In this document: piece by piece, positions 10,186 to 19,274 of the stretch | Numbering within the stretch: the first letter of the stretch is position 1 | Layout: every line of letters begins with the position of its first letter | Origin: Pseudomonadota bacterium | Lineage (GTDB): Bacteria; Pseudomonadota; Gammaproteobacteria; Steroidobacterales; GCA-2729495 | Direction of reading: 5' to 3' | Length of the DNA stretch: 64,000 bases | NCBI GenBank assembly: GCA_036155675.1 | Contig: JAYZVL010000041.1 | Coordinates: 1,961 to 65,960, forward strand | Translations under genes and position numbers: made by a program | The notes under the pieces: generated by a model | Database searches by the model: none | Seen by the model: only the letters and a program-made list of their open reading frames with translations | Told to the model about the DNA's origin: nothing

Positions 10186-12162
10186 TTAAATTTCGTTAGG
10201 TGAGATAATTGATATTGTTGATCCATCCTCCAACTCTGAATTTAATTTCTTGTCTAAGGAAATATCATCCACTAAGGGTAATTCTATTGATTCCGAAGGT
10301 TGTGAAATAAGTTGAGGCCGGCCTTTTTTTATTCGAGCAAAATCCATGTTTCTATGTAATAAACCACCTTGATCCATAAAGATTTCACCGGTCATTCCTT
10401 TAAGGGAAAGTTTAAAACTCCCACTTTTCCCATTTAGAAGAGTTGTAAGTTGATATGCATCGTACCCCATGGCGAAGAACCTAGCTTGCTCTTCAAAATT
10501 GTTTCCCCAAATATCCTTTAGAGCTTGCTTTTGCTTCTCAATGGTTATTGTTGGATTTATAAGCCATGGAGCATCAGGAAATATTACACCATCTAAATCT
10601 TCATTAAATTCACTTCCTGGGTTATATGCATCAGAATTTGTGAAAGTAGGAAGATCATTTGCATAATTTTTCTTTAATTGCGGCCGTAGTTGCTGAGCTT
10701 CTTTTGGTTTCTGCGATGCTAAAAAGATGAAATCTACATCTTCACGACGACGCGGTTCATATTGCAGTTTTTTGCCTATTAGGTTTGCAAGGCTATTGCG
10801 CCTGGCATCACTCTCTTTTATCAGCAGCGCGCTAGTTATTACTTGGGAAAAGTCTGTTTCATTAGTAGGGTAATTTTCCGCTTTTAAGATTTGACCGCCA
10901 TATTGTAAAAGCTCATTTTGAAATGCCTCATAGATTCTTTTTCCCCAGGAGCTTTCGGGAATTAGCGCAACTGCATTTCTAAGACCTTCTGAAATTGCTC
11001 TACGAGCAATCGATCTAGCTTCATCTTCAGGAGCTAAAGAAAATTGATAGAGCTTGTCTGAATTAATATCACTGATGGTCGCATAATTTAAAGTTAATGT
11101 AGATATGCTCTTTGCTTTATATGCAATTTCATTAACTCTTTCTTTCAATAATGGACCTACTATAAATGTTGCTCCATTGTCGATTGCAGATTTATAAATA
11201 TTAGATACTGAAGATTTTTCCGTATCATAGAAGCGAATATTTGGTCTAGCATTCGCTTCAGTTAAAGAGTAAACCGCTGTTAAATAACCATCTCGAATGG
11301 CTTCTCCCTTTAAAACCTTACTTCCAGAAAGAGGTAGCAACACAGCAACGTTAGAAGGATAGTTGCTTAATGCAGCTAGATTGCTTAATAATTCTGGCAG
11401 CAAATTAATATTTGCCGGGTGCTCAGGATTCTTTTCTTGCCATTCAATTAAGCTTTGGCGAAGGAGTCCAATAGACCCACGATTTTTATTATTAATTTGT
11501 GCGAGTGAAAGCCAGCCGCCAACAACTGGATCAGTAGCTGATTCGATAGAAAGATTAGTGATTGGTTTTTCAGAACGCTCAAGGTTTTCCCATATTAGCT
11601 GATGATTCTGATTGCGGTCGTTAAGGCGATCTAATAAGTTTTCTCTTCTAACCAATGCTGTAACGGCCGCTTGTTGACGCCCAAGTTGGAATAATGTGTA
11701 TGCCCGCAATTGAAGTATTCTTATTGCTCCTTGTCGAGTGGGAGCATTTATTACTCGATTTAATACATTGAGTGCAACTCCAGGTTTTTCCTGTGCTAAA
11801 TATATATTAGCGAGCACTTCTGCCCATAGGGCAAGATTAGAATTTGCTACATTATCTCCGAAATCACTGATTTTTCTTTCCGCTGAAGTGAATTGATTTG
11901 CGAGATACAATTCTTGTGCCGAAAATAGAATATATCTTTGTTTTTGAGGATCATTTGATGTGCTTGCTAATAATTCATATTGTTGACTTGCTGCGAGATG
12001 GTCACCACGTTGCGAAAGAGTTATTGCCTTTTGCACTCCCTCAGGTTGTTGGATTGAGTTTTGTAGTGTGTCCACTGAACAAGCAGATAAAATGAAAGTG
12101 GCAAGACTTATTGCTAAATTTGAAATGAGTATTGATCGATTAGATTTTAATTTTATATACAT
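10186..12162 (-). CDS. lpoA: penicillin-binding protein activator LpoA (lipoprotein)
   Basis: Lipobox FILSAC after MYIKLKSNRSIL (start taken at the internal ATG 12162; track start is 12204). TPR-like N-terminal part and periplasmic-binding-protein-like C-terminal part. Divergent from rsmI, as in E. coli and Pseudomonas. Confidence 0.8.
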   Translation of the reverse strand: MYIKLKSNRSILISNLAISLATFILSACSVDTLQNSIQQPEGVQKAITLSQRGDHLAASQQYELLASTSNDPQKQRYILFSAQELYLANQFTSAERKISDFGDNVANSNLALWAEVLANIYLAQEKPGVALNVLNRVINAPTRQGAIRILQLRAYTLFQLGRQQAAVTALVRRENLLDRLNDRNQNHQLIWENLERSEKPITNLSIESATDPVVGGWLSLAQINNKNRGSIGLLRQSLIEWQEKNPEHPANINLLPELLSNLAALSNYPSNVAVLLPLSGSKVLKGEAIRDGYLTAVYSLTEANARPNIRFYDTEKSSVSNIYKSAIDNGATFIVGPLLKERVNEIAYKAKSISTLTLNYATISDINSDKLYQFSLAPEDEARSIARRAISEGLRNAVALIPESSWGKRIYEAFQNELLQYGGQILKAENYPTNETDFSQVITSALLIKESDARRNSLANLIGKKLQYEPRRREDVDFIFLASQKPKEAQQLRPQLKKNYANDLPTFTNSDAYNPGSEFNEDLDGVIFPDAPWLINPTITIEKQKQALKDIWGNNFEEQARFFAMGYDAYQLTTLLNGKSGSFKLSLKGMTGEIFMDQGGLLHRNMDFARIKKGRPQLISQPSESIELPLVDDISLDKKLNSELEDGSTISIISPNEI

Positions 12163-12242
12163 TTGTTGTGAGTCTAAGATTAATGTTTGACCATGATGCC
12201 GCAACAGAATATAAGAGCTATTTAAACGAGAAACTGTAAGTT

Positions 12243-13100
12243 GTGAATATAAGCAAGGGAATCCTTTTTGTTGTAGCTACTCCTATTGGCAATGCTGATG
12301 ATATCAGTCTTCGAGCCAAGAAGGTTTTGGAAAATGTAAAATTAATTGCAGCAGAGGATACTCGACGAACTGGTAATTTGCTTAAACACCTTGGAATCAG
12401 TAATCAACTGCTTTCCTGCCATGAACACAATGAATCCAAAAGAATTCCTACTCTACTTGGAATTCTAGGGGAGGGAGGAGATATTGCCTTGGTTAGCGAT
12501 GCTGGTACTCCAGTTATTAACGATCCAGGGTATAAGCTAGTTTGTGAAGTTATCGAAGCCGGTTATCAAGTTATACCAATTCCTGGCTGTAGTGCTGCTA
12601 TCGCAGCAGTTTCGGTTGCAGGCCTTCCAACCGATAAGTTATTTTTTCTTGGATTTTTACCTAATGTTTCAAAAAAGCGTTTAGATAAACTGTCTGAATT
12701 TAAAAAATCTTCTGCTACTTTAATTATCTATGAAGCACCTCACCGAATTTTAGCTACTCTCAAGGATGTCGAAGCTATTTTTGGGCCTGATAGGCTTATG
12801 ATGGCAGCAAGAGAAATTACTAAACTTTATGAATCCTATTACCGTGGAACTGTTCGTGAAGTTAGAGATCAAATCGTAGCCGATACAGGCGGTAAAAAAG
12901 GAGAATTCACTTTAGTGGTCGGCGGTGTAAAATCAGTAGAGGTTGATTATGCAAACATTGATCAAGCTCTATCTGTTCTCCTTCGTTATCTTGGTGTCCG
13001 ACAAGCCTCAGAAGTTACTGCGGAGTTACTTGGCATAAAAAAAAATTTGGCTTATAAGCGTGCTTTAGAAATAAGAGAATCATCTGATGAGACCTACTAG
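12243..13100 (+). CDS. rsmI: 16S rRNA (cytidine1402-2'-O)-methyltransferase RsmI
   Basis: Tetrapyrrole-methylase-fold motifs LFVVATPIGNADDISLRA, AEDTRRTGNLL, VSDAGTPVINDPG. GTG start. Confidence 0.9.
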   Translation: MNISKGILFVVATPIGNADDISLRAKKVLENVKLIAAEDTRRTGNLLKHLGISNQLLSCHEHNESKRIPTLLGILGEGGDIALVSDAGTPVINDPGYKLVCEVIEAGYQVIPIPGCSAAIAAVSVAGLPTDKLFFLGFLPNVSKKRLDKLSEFKKSSATLIIYEAPHRILATLKDVEAIFGPDRLMMAAREITKLYESYYRGTVREVRDQIVADTGGKKGEFTLVVGGVKSVEVDYANIDQALSVLLRYLGVRQASEVTAELLGIKKNLAYKRALEIRESSDETY

Positions 13101-13170
13101 CTTTTGATCTAGAAAAATTCTAATACTCAATTTTCTTTTGAGGTCTAAGTTATTTCAACTCTATATTTAT

Positions 13171-14175
13171 TTAAGTAAAATGTGGTATAACTTTTTCTCC
13201 CAGTAATTTAACTGTGCGCTCAATTAATTCTATTGGCATGTCGCCCATACCAACGCGGAAGTTGAATTGCGTTACTCCTGCGTCTATATAACAAGTCATT
13301 TCATCTATACAACTTGATGGTGTTCCAAGGAAATATATTTCTTTGCCAGTTTTTTCAAAAAGATTGGTTTTCGGCAGTAAAATATTTCCATCTATATCCT
13401 TAAGTGCCCGCATGCGCGCATAAAAATTAAGGACATCCTCAACATAAGGCATACCCTCTTTTTGAGCTATACGATTGGTTGGGGCTAAAAATGTAGTTCG
13501 ATTGACTGTTATGTTCGGTTCTTTTTCCACACCCATTAATTTAAGTTCCTTGTTGTAAAGAGCTGCTTGGCGCTTAATCACTTCAAAATGATATTGAGTA
13601 GCGCCATACCAGCCTTCACCAAATTTAAGAGAACGATCAATTGAACGTTTGATTGCACCACCAATGAGAATCGGTGGTCCACCTTTTTGGATAGGGCTAG
13701 GAAAGACATTGCCATCAAATTGAAAATGTTTACCTTGATAAGAATCAGCACCTGACCAGAATGCTTTTAAAAGCTCTAAGGCTTCATCCATTCTGGAGCC
13801 AGCTTGATTTCCTGAGTAACCAAAACGTCTTAATTGCGACTTTGCCCCAACTCCTACTCCTAGAGTGAATCTACCTTCAGAAAGATGATCTAGGATCGCT
13901 CCATCATATGCCAGACGCAGCGGATGCCAAAGAGTAATTAACGTTACACCTGTTCCAATTCTGAGATTTGTTCTTCCTGCCAATGCTGCTAGGATCATTA
14001 GAGGCGATGGCGTATGACCAGGTATTGATGTATTTGAATAAAATTCTCCGGCCCAAATTGAGTTGAATCCATATTCTTCTGCCATATTTATCAAGCGAGA
14101 ATATTGATCTAGGTGCTTGGATAGAGTTTTTTTCTTGCTCCAAAAATCTAGAGCTAATCCAAAGCCTATTTTCAA
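13171..14175 (-). CDS. LLM-class (luciferase-like) flavin-dependent oxidoreductase
   Basis: 334 aa. GFNSIWAGEF and RFTLGVGVG, typical of luciferase-like monooxygenase TIM barrels. Substrate unknown. Confidence 0.75.
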   Translation of the reverse strand: MKIGFGLALDFWSKKKTLSKHLDQYSRLINMAEEYGFNSIWAGEFYSNTSIPGHTPSPLMILAALAGRTNLRIGTGVTLITLWHPLRLAYDGAILDHLSEGRFTLGVGVGAKSQLRRFGYSGNQAGSRMDEALELLKAFWSGADSYQGKHFQFDGNVFPSPIQKGGPPILIGGAIKRSIDRSLKFGEGWYGATQYHFEVIKRQAALYNKELKLMGVEKEPNITVNRTTFLAPTNRIAQKEGMPYVEDVLNFYARMRALKDIDGNILLPKTNLFEKTGKEIYFLGTPSSCIDEMTCYIDAGVTQFNFRVGMGDMPIELIERTVKLLGEKVIPHFT

Positions 14176-14331
14176 GAGTTAATCCTTTCTTCGAAGTTAT
14201 AAGAGGTTCTTTAAGCTTTATAAGCTATAAAAGAAACAGTTTAACAACTAAATCATAATTTCAGTTATATAACTTTGATTATGCTATCTTTCCAAACGAA
14301 TTGAGAGGGTTATTTAATATTTTAAATTGTT

Positions 14332-15114
14332 ATGGATGAGATTATTTACTCAGTTTTTTTAGGAATTATTCAGGGTTTAACTGAATTTCTCCCTGTTTCA
14401 AGCTCAGGCCATCTTGTTTTAGTTCAGGAGTTACTAGGAGTCAATATTGGTAGTGGTATTTTATTTGAGGTTGCAGTACATATAGCTACATTAATCGCTA
14501 TCCTGATTTTTTATCGTAAAAAATTATTTATCCTGATCCAAGGATTCTTAAAATTAGATAGAGGCTCTTTAAATTATATTGGAAAGCTCTTCGTTGGAAC
14601 TCTTCCAGCAGTTTTTGCAGTATTATTTTTTCGTTCTTGGATTGAAGATCAATTTAATTCTTTAATCTTTGTTGCTGTATGTTTATTGCTTACTGGTTGC
14701 TTGATTTGGAGCACTCGCTTCACTTTGCAAAATGAGAATAATAAAGAACCTAGTTGGTTCGATGCATTGATAATTGGCTGTGTGCAAGCAATTGCGATTT
14801 TGCCAGGGATTTCTCGAAGTGGCTCAACAGTTGCTGTTGCGATTGCTCTTGGAATTAATCCAATTGTAGCAGCCGAGTTTTCTTTCATGTTGGGCATGAT
14901 TGCTATGTTTGGAGCCGGAATATTAATGTTTCCAGAGTTGGTTATAGCTTCCCCAGAATTAATTACAAACATTATCTTTGCCGGCATAGCGGCCTTAATA
15001 TCAGGTTTGTTAGCCTTGTTCATATTTGTCTGGTTATTGCGTTCGCAACGGTTTTATTTTTTTGCTTGGTATCTTTGGATTATTGGTGCACTTACGATTT
15101 TGTTATCTAGATAG
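14332..15114 (+). CDS. uppP: undecaprenyl-diphosphate phosphatase UppP/BacA
   Basis: GIIQGLTEFLPVSSSGHL and PGISRSGSTVAVA signature motifs. Polytopic, 260 aa. Confidence 0.9.
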   Translation: MDEIIYSVFLGIIQGLTEFLPVSSSGHLVLVQELLGVNIGSGILFEVAVHIATLIAILIFYRKKLFILIQGFLKLDRGSLNYIGKLFVGTLPAVFAVLFFRSWIEDQFNSLIFVAVCLLLTGCLIWSTRFTLQNENNKEPSWFDALIIGCVQAIAILPGISRSGSTVAVAIALGINPIVAAEFSFMLGMIAMFGAGILMFPELVIASPELITNIIFAGIAALISGLLALFIFVWLLRSQRFYFFAWYLWIIGALTILLSR

Positions 15115-15149
15115 ATAACTTATATAGGCCATATCTGTTAAGGTTCTTC

Positions 15150-15490
15150 TTGGAGTCGGCCAGGCAATCGCGCATTGTTATCAATTCGAGGAAAGTCCGG
15201 GCTCCTGCGGACAGAATGCCAGGTAACACCTGGGGGGTGTGAACCCACGGCTAGTGCCACAGAAAATATACCGCCTCATTTTGAGGTAAGGGTGAAAAGG
15301 TGCGGTAAGAGCGCACCGCGCGGATGGCAACATTTCGCGGCATGGTAAACCCCATTCGGAGCAAGACCAAATAGGGAAGCATATATCCGTCCGCGGTTGC
15401 TTCCGGGTAGGTCGCTTGAGGTGGATGGCAACATCTGCCCTAGATGAATGATTGCCCTTGACAGAACCCGGCTTACGGCCGACTCCATCC
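15150..15490 (+). ncRNA. rnpB: RNase P RNA, bacterial type A
   Basis: Perfect 10-bp P1 (GGAGTCGGCC 15152-15161 with GGCCGACTCC 15477-15486). Universal P4 strands GAGGAAAGTCCGGGCTCC and ACAGAACCCGGCTTA. GGTAAGGGTGAAAAGGTGCGGTAAGAGCGCACCGCGCGG is nearly identical to E. coli M1 RNA. Confidence 0.92.
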
Positions 15491-15741
15491 ATTTATTAGG
15501 ATATCAGTGATATTTACTCAGTTACCTCTGAAATGCTTACTAAGCAAGCAATGTAGGTTTTTTAGCGCATTTAAATCATTATCTGAGAAGAGAATCGCTT
15601 TGGTTGAAAAAAATTTAAATAGCTAAGTATTTGATTAGAAAGATTTTCTAACCCTATGATTTATTTAGTTTGAAGTCGATATTTTTACCCCTAAAACCAC
15701 CCCTAAGTCACTGGTCTAAAAGAAATAATTGGCGATCTTCG

Positions 15742-15771
15742 TTGACATCAGGGAGGAATCTTAAATATAGT
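15742..15771 (+). promoter_or_regulatory. candidate Pmra promoter of the dcw cluster
   Basis: TTGACA (15742-15747), 18-nt spacer, TATAGT (15766-15771). Lies just upstream of the MraZ-box repeats and mraZ. Confidence 0.45.
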
Positions 15772-15790
15772 GCAAATAAGTAGAAAAAAA

Positions 15791-15815
15791 TGGTAAAGAG
15801 TGGGAGAAAATGGGC
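15791..15815 (+). promoter_or_regulatory. MraZ operator: three TGGKN direct repeats with 10-bp period
   Basis: TGGTAaagagTGGGAgaaaaTGGGC at 15791, 15801 and 15811. Matches the TGGGN-N5 x3 architecture described for E. coli MraZ autoregulation. Confidence 0.55.
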
Positions 15816-15835
15816 TTATTAGCCTATATTAAAGA

Positions 15836-16282
15836 ATGTTTAGCAGTTCAGCCAAAGTTACCCTCGATAGTAAAGGGAGGATGGCCATTCCTACACGTTT
15901 TCGTGATGGGATTTCATCCCGTTGTGATGGCAGCTTGGTTGGGGCAATGGATAATGATGATTCTTGCATTTTGCTATATCCCTCTCCTGATTGGGAAGGC
16001 GCAGCTCGACGTCTTTTAAGATTGTCAGGAAATAAAAGATCAGTGCGACGTATGCAAAGAAATATGGTTGGCCGAGTTTTTGATATGGAAATGGATAACC
16101 ATGGCCGTATTCTAATTCCCTCAAAATTGCGTGAGCAAGCAAATTTATCTAAGCAGGCTATTTTAGTGGGACTTGGTAGTAAGTTTGAGTTGTGGGATGA
16201 AAAGCTTTGGGATAAATGGTGTGAAAATAGCGACAGCATTAGCGAAGACTTGCCGCCAGAGCTTGAGTCGCTCCTGCTTTAA
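15836..16282 (+). CDS. mraZ: transcriptional regulator MraZ
   Basis: Duplicated SpoVT/AbrB-like halves: LDSKGRMAIPTRFR and MDNHGRILIPSKLR, plus KFELWDEKLW. First gene of the dcw cluster. Confidence 0.9.
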   Translation: MFSSSAKVTLDSKGRMAIPTRFRDGISSRCDGSLVGAMDNDDSCILLYPSPDWEGAARRLLRLSGNKRSVRRMQRNMVGRVFDMEMDNHGRILIPSKLREQANLSKQAILVGLGSKFELWDEKLWDKWCENSDSISEDLPPELESLLL

Positions 16283-16339
16283 TTACTTTGCTTAGCGCAT
16301 TGGGAAAAATTAAACACACGGCAAAAGCCGAGTTGGTTT

Positions 16340-17278
16340 ATGAGCGCTAAAGAAGGCCATCATGTTCCAGTTTTATTAGATCCATTATTGGAGCATTTAA
16401 GCTTAAAAACTGATGGAATTTATATTGATGGAACTTTTGGTCGAGGTGGCCATAGTAAAGCATTAATAGAAAGACTTGGCGCAGAAGGTAGATTGTTTGT
16501 TATTGATCGGGATGAACAAGCTATTTTTTTTGCTAAAAAATTAGCGCAACAGGATTCACGGATTGTGGTGGTGCAAGGAAGCTTTGGAAGCATTGCAGAG
16601 ATTGCAGCAGCAGAGGGTATTGCTGGTAAGGTTAATGGGCTTTTCCTTGACCTTGGTGTTTCCTCACCACAGCTTGATGACCCAGAAAGAGGGTTTAGTT
16701 TTCAATTTGATGGACCACTTGATATGCGAATGGATCGCTCTTCCGGTATGTCTGCAGCAGATTGGCTAGATACGGTAGCCGAATCTGAGTTGAGAGCCGT
16801 AATTAAGAATTATGGGGAAGATATTGCGGCTAAAAAGATTGCTAGGGTTATTTGTGAAGCACGCGATCTAAAAAGTATCAGAACAACTAAGCAGCTTGCA
16901 GAGCTTATTGAGAAAGTTATTTCTCGTAAAAATAATGGTAAGCATCCAGCAACAAAGACTTTTCAAGCTATTCGGATCCAGGTTAATGACGAATTGACAG
17001 AATTAAAAAAATTCCTAGATTCAGCATTGGGAGTATTGGCTCCGTTTGGACGTTTAAGTGTAATCAGTTTTCACTCCTTAGAGGATCGTTTAGTAAAGCG
17101 CTATATGCGTAATTTATCCCGTATTGATCCTCAATTAGCCGAAATACCTCTAGTTCCTGATTTAGCCCAACCCCGTTTAAATTTATTAACCAAAGCTATT
17201 CGACCCAGTATTCAAGAAGTGAAAAAAAATCGACGTGCACGAAGCGCAGTGTTGAGAGTTGCTGAGAAATTAAGATGA
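16340..17278 (+). CDS. rsmH: 16S rRNA (cytosine1402-N4)-methyltransferase RsmH/MraW
   Basis: HVPVLLDPLLEHL, YIDGTFGRGGHS, DLGVSSPQLDDPERGFSF, ISFHSLEDRLVK. Confidence 0.95.
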   Translation: MSAKEGHHVPVLLDPLLEHLSLKTDGIYIDGTFGRGGHSKALIERLGAEGRLFVIDRDEQAIFFAKKLAQQDSRIVVVQGSFGSIAEIAAAEGIAGKVNGLFLDLGVSSPQLDDPERGFSFQFDGPLDMRMDRSSGMSAADWLDTVAESELRAVIKNYGEDIAAKKIARVICEARDLKSIRTTKQLAELIEKVISRKNNGKHPATKTFQAIRIQVNDELTELKKFLDSALGVLAPFGRLSVISFHSLEDRLVKRYMRNLSRIDPQLAEIPLVPDLAQPRLNLLTKAIRPSIQEVKKNRRARSAVLRVAEKLR

Positions 17279-17553
17279 TGCAACATAATCGATTATTTTT
17301 AGTCGCTTTATTGTTAACAATTTCTTCAATTACAACTGCTATTTTTTGCGTTTATGCTCGTCATGAATCACGAAAGTTGTTCACAAAGCTTCAATATCTG
17401 ATTTCAGAACGCGATGCTTTGGAATTGGAATGGAGTCAATTACAAATTGAGCAAAGTACTTGGTCAACACATTCTCGGGTTGAGGAAAATGCTCGTATGA
17501 AAATGAAGATGCGCAATCCAACACCAGATGAAATTCAAATTGTTGCGCCATGA
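17275..17553 (+). CDS. ftsL: cell division protein FtsL
   Basis: 92 aa, single TM helix then a coiled coil (ERDALELEWSQLQIEQSTW). Located between rsmH and ftsI, with ATGA overlaps on both sides. Confidence 0.8.
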   Translation: MMQHNRLFLVALLLTISSITTAIFCVYARHESRKLFTKLQYLISERDALELEWSQLQIEQSTWSTHSRVEENARMKMKMRNPTPDEIQIVAP

Positions 17554-19274
17554 AACAGATTAAAAAAACATTCCGCCAGCAACACCAAAGTTTTATTTTA
17601 CGTATTCGAGTCGCGACTGGTTTTCTTTTATTAAGCGGTTTGGTTTTAATTTTACAGGCAACTTATTTGCAGATTGTTGATCAAGACTTTTTGAATGATC
17701 AAGCCGAAGCTCGTCATTTACGCATTGCGAATCTTGCTGCGCATCGTGGGATTATTACTGATCGAAATAATGAACCTCTTGCAGTTAGTACTCCGGTAGA
17801 TAGTGTTTGGGTTAATCCAAATAAATTACTTAAGTCACCAGATGATCTTTCAGTACTCTCAGAATTACTTCAAGAAGATTCAATAGGCTTAACTGAAAAG
17901 ATTACCCGTAATAGCGAAAAAGAATTTTTATATCTCAAACGACATATGAATCCTTCTGATGCAAGCAAGATCAAGGCTCAGAATATATCTGGTGTTTATT
18001 TACAACGTGAATATCGTCGTTATTATCCCGCAGCAGAAGTGACAGGGCATTTAATTGGTTTTGCTAATATTGATGATGTTGGACAGGAAGCCCTTGAGCT
18101 TGCTTTTGATCATCGACTTGCAGGAAAGCCAGGCCGCAAAAGAGTGCTCAAGGATATGCATGGAAAGATTGTCGAAGACATCGAAAGTATTGAAGCATCA
18201 GAACCAGGGCAAAATATCTCAACTAGTATAGATTTACGTATCCAGTATTTAGCTTATACAGAGCTGATGAAGGCGGTTCGTCTTCATGGTGCTCGTTCTG
18301 GCTCAGCTGTTGTTTTAGATGTGCATACTGGCGAAGTGTTGGCTATGGTTAATCAGCCTAGCTATAACCCAAATAATCGTTTGCAGCGAGATCCTAGACG
18401 TTATCGTAATCGCGCAATTACAGATATTTTTGAGCCTGGTTCCAGTATTAAACCTTTAATAATTGCAGCTGGTTTAGAAACCTCAAAATTTCAACCAACT
18501 AGCAGCATTGATACCAATCCTGGTTATATACAAATAGGAACCAAAAAAATCAGCGATACAAATAACCTTGGCCGAATAGATCTAACTACAGTTTTAGCAA
18601 GGTCTAGTAACGTTGGAGCAACAATGGTTGCGATATCTATTGCACCAAGAAATCTTTGGCAAATTCTGACTAATTTTGGACTTGGGCAAACTACTGCAGC
18701 TGGTTTTCCAGGTGAATCAGCTGGTTTATTGAGCGATCATGAGAATTGGCGGTCAATTCGTCAAGCAACTCTGGGTTATGGTTATGGTTTATCAGTTACT
18801 CCGCTTCAACTTGCTCAAGCTTATGCTGTATTTGGAGCAGATGGACTCAAATATCCGGTTTCACTTATGCGAGTGTCAAAACCAGCTATACCTCATCGAG
18901 TAGTATCAAAAAGCACATCTAAAACTATTCTTAATATGCTTGAGCATGTGGTCAGTGTTGATGGGACTGGGCGAAATGCCTCTGTGTCTGGCTATAGGGT
19001 TGCTGGTAAGACAGGCACTACGAGAAAAAATAGTGTTGGGGGCTATAGTGAAGAACGATATATGGCTATATTTGCTGGTATTGGTCCAGTATCTAATCCT
19101 CAGTTGTCCATAGTTGTTGTAATCGATGAACCCTCTTCAGGTAAATATTATGGGGGTGACGTTGCTGCACCTGTTTTCTCAAAGATTTTTGCCGCTGCAG
19201 CAAGGATTTTATCTATTCCTCCTGACAATCTTGATGGCATGTCTAAAGCTCCCTTAAGAGTGGCAATGCAATGA
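17550..19274 (+). CDS. ftsI: peptidoglycan D,D-transpeptidase FtsI (PBP3)
   Basis: N-terminal TM helix and transpeptidase motifs SSIKP (SxxK), SSN and KTGT. Confidence 0.95.
   Translation: MKQIKKTFRQQHQSFILRIRVATGFLLLSGLVLILQATYLQIVDQDFLNDQAEARHLRIANLAAHRGIITDRNNEPLAVSTPVDSVWVNPNKLLKSPDDLSVLSELLQEDSIGLTEKITRNSEKEFLYLKRHMNPSDASKIKAQNISGVYLQREYRRYYPAAEVTGHLIGFANIDDVGQEALELAFDHRLAGKPGRKRVLKDMHGKIVEDIESIEASEPGQNISTSIDLRIQYLAYTELMKAVRLHGARSGSAVVLDVHTGEVLAMVNQPSYNPNNRLQRDPRRYRNRAITDIFEPGSSIKPLIIAAGLETSKFQPTSSIDTNPGYIQIGTKKISDTNNLGRIDLTTVLARSSNVGATMVAISIAPRNLWQILTNFGLGQTTAAGFPGESAGLLSDHENWRSIRQATLGYGYGLSVTPLQLAQAYAVFGADGLKYPVSLMRVSKPAIPHRVVSKSTSKTILNMLEHVVSVDGTGRNASVSGYRVAGKTGTTRKNSVGGYSEERYMAIFAGIGPVSNPQLSIVVVIDEPSSGKYYGGDVAAPVFSKIFAAAARILSIPPDNLDGMSKAPLRVAMQ

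Noticed and set aside
15181-15492. Two minus-strand ORFs (103 aa and 70 aa) in the ORF track
   Set aside because: They lie entirely inside the RNase P RNA gene. The GC-rich structured RNA creates open frames, and the peptides are Arg/Pro/Cys-rich nonsense.
15829-16239. 136-aa and 83-aa antisense ORFs, and the 69-aa ORF at 15810-16019, overlapping mraZ
   Set aside because: The MraZ frame has clear homology with its duplicated DSKGR/DNHGR halves. The others are shadow or alternate frames with no recognisable motifs.
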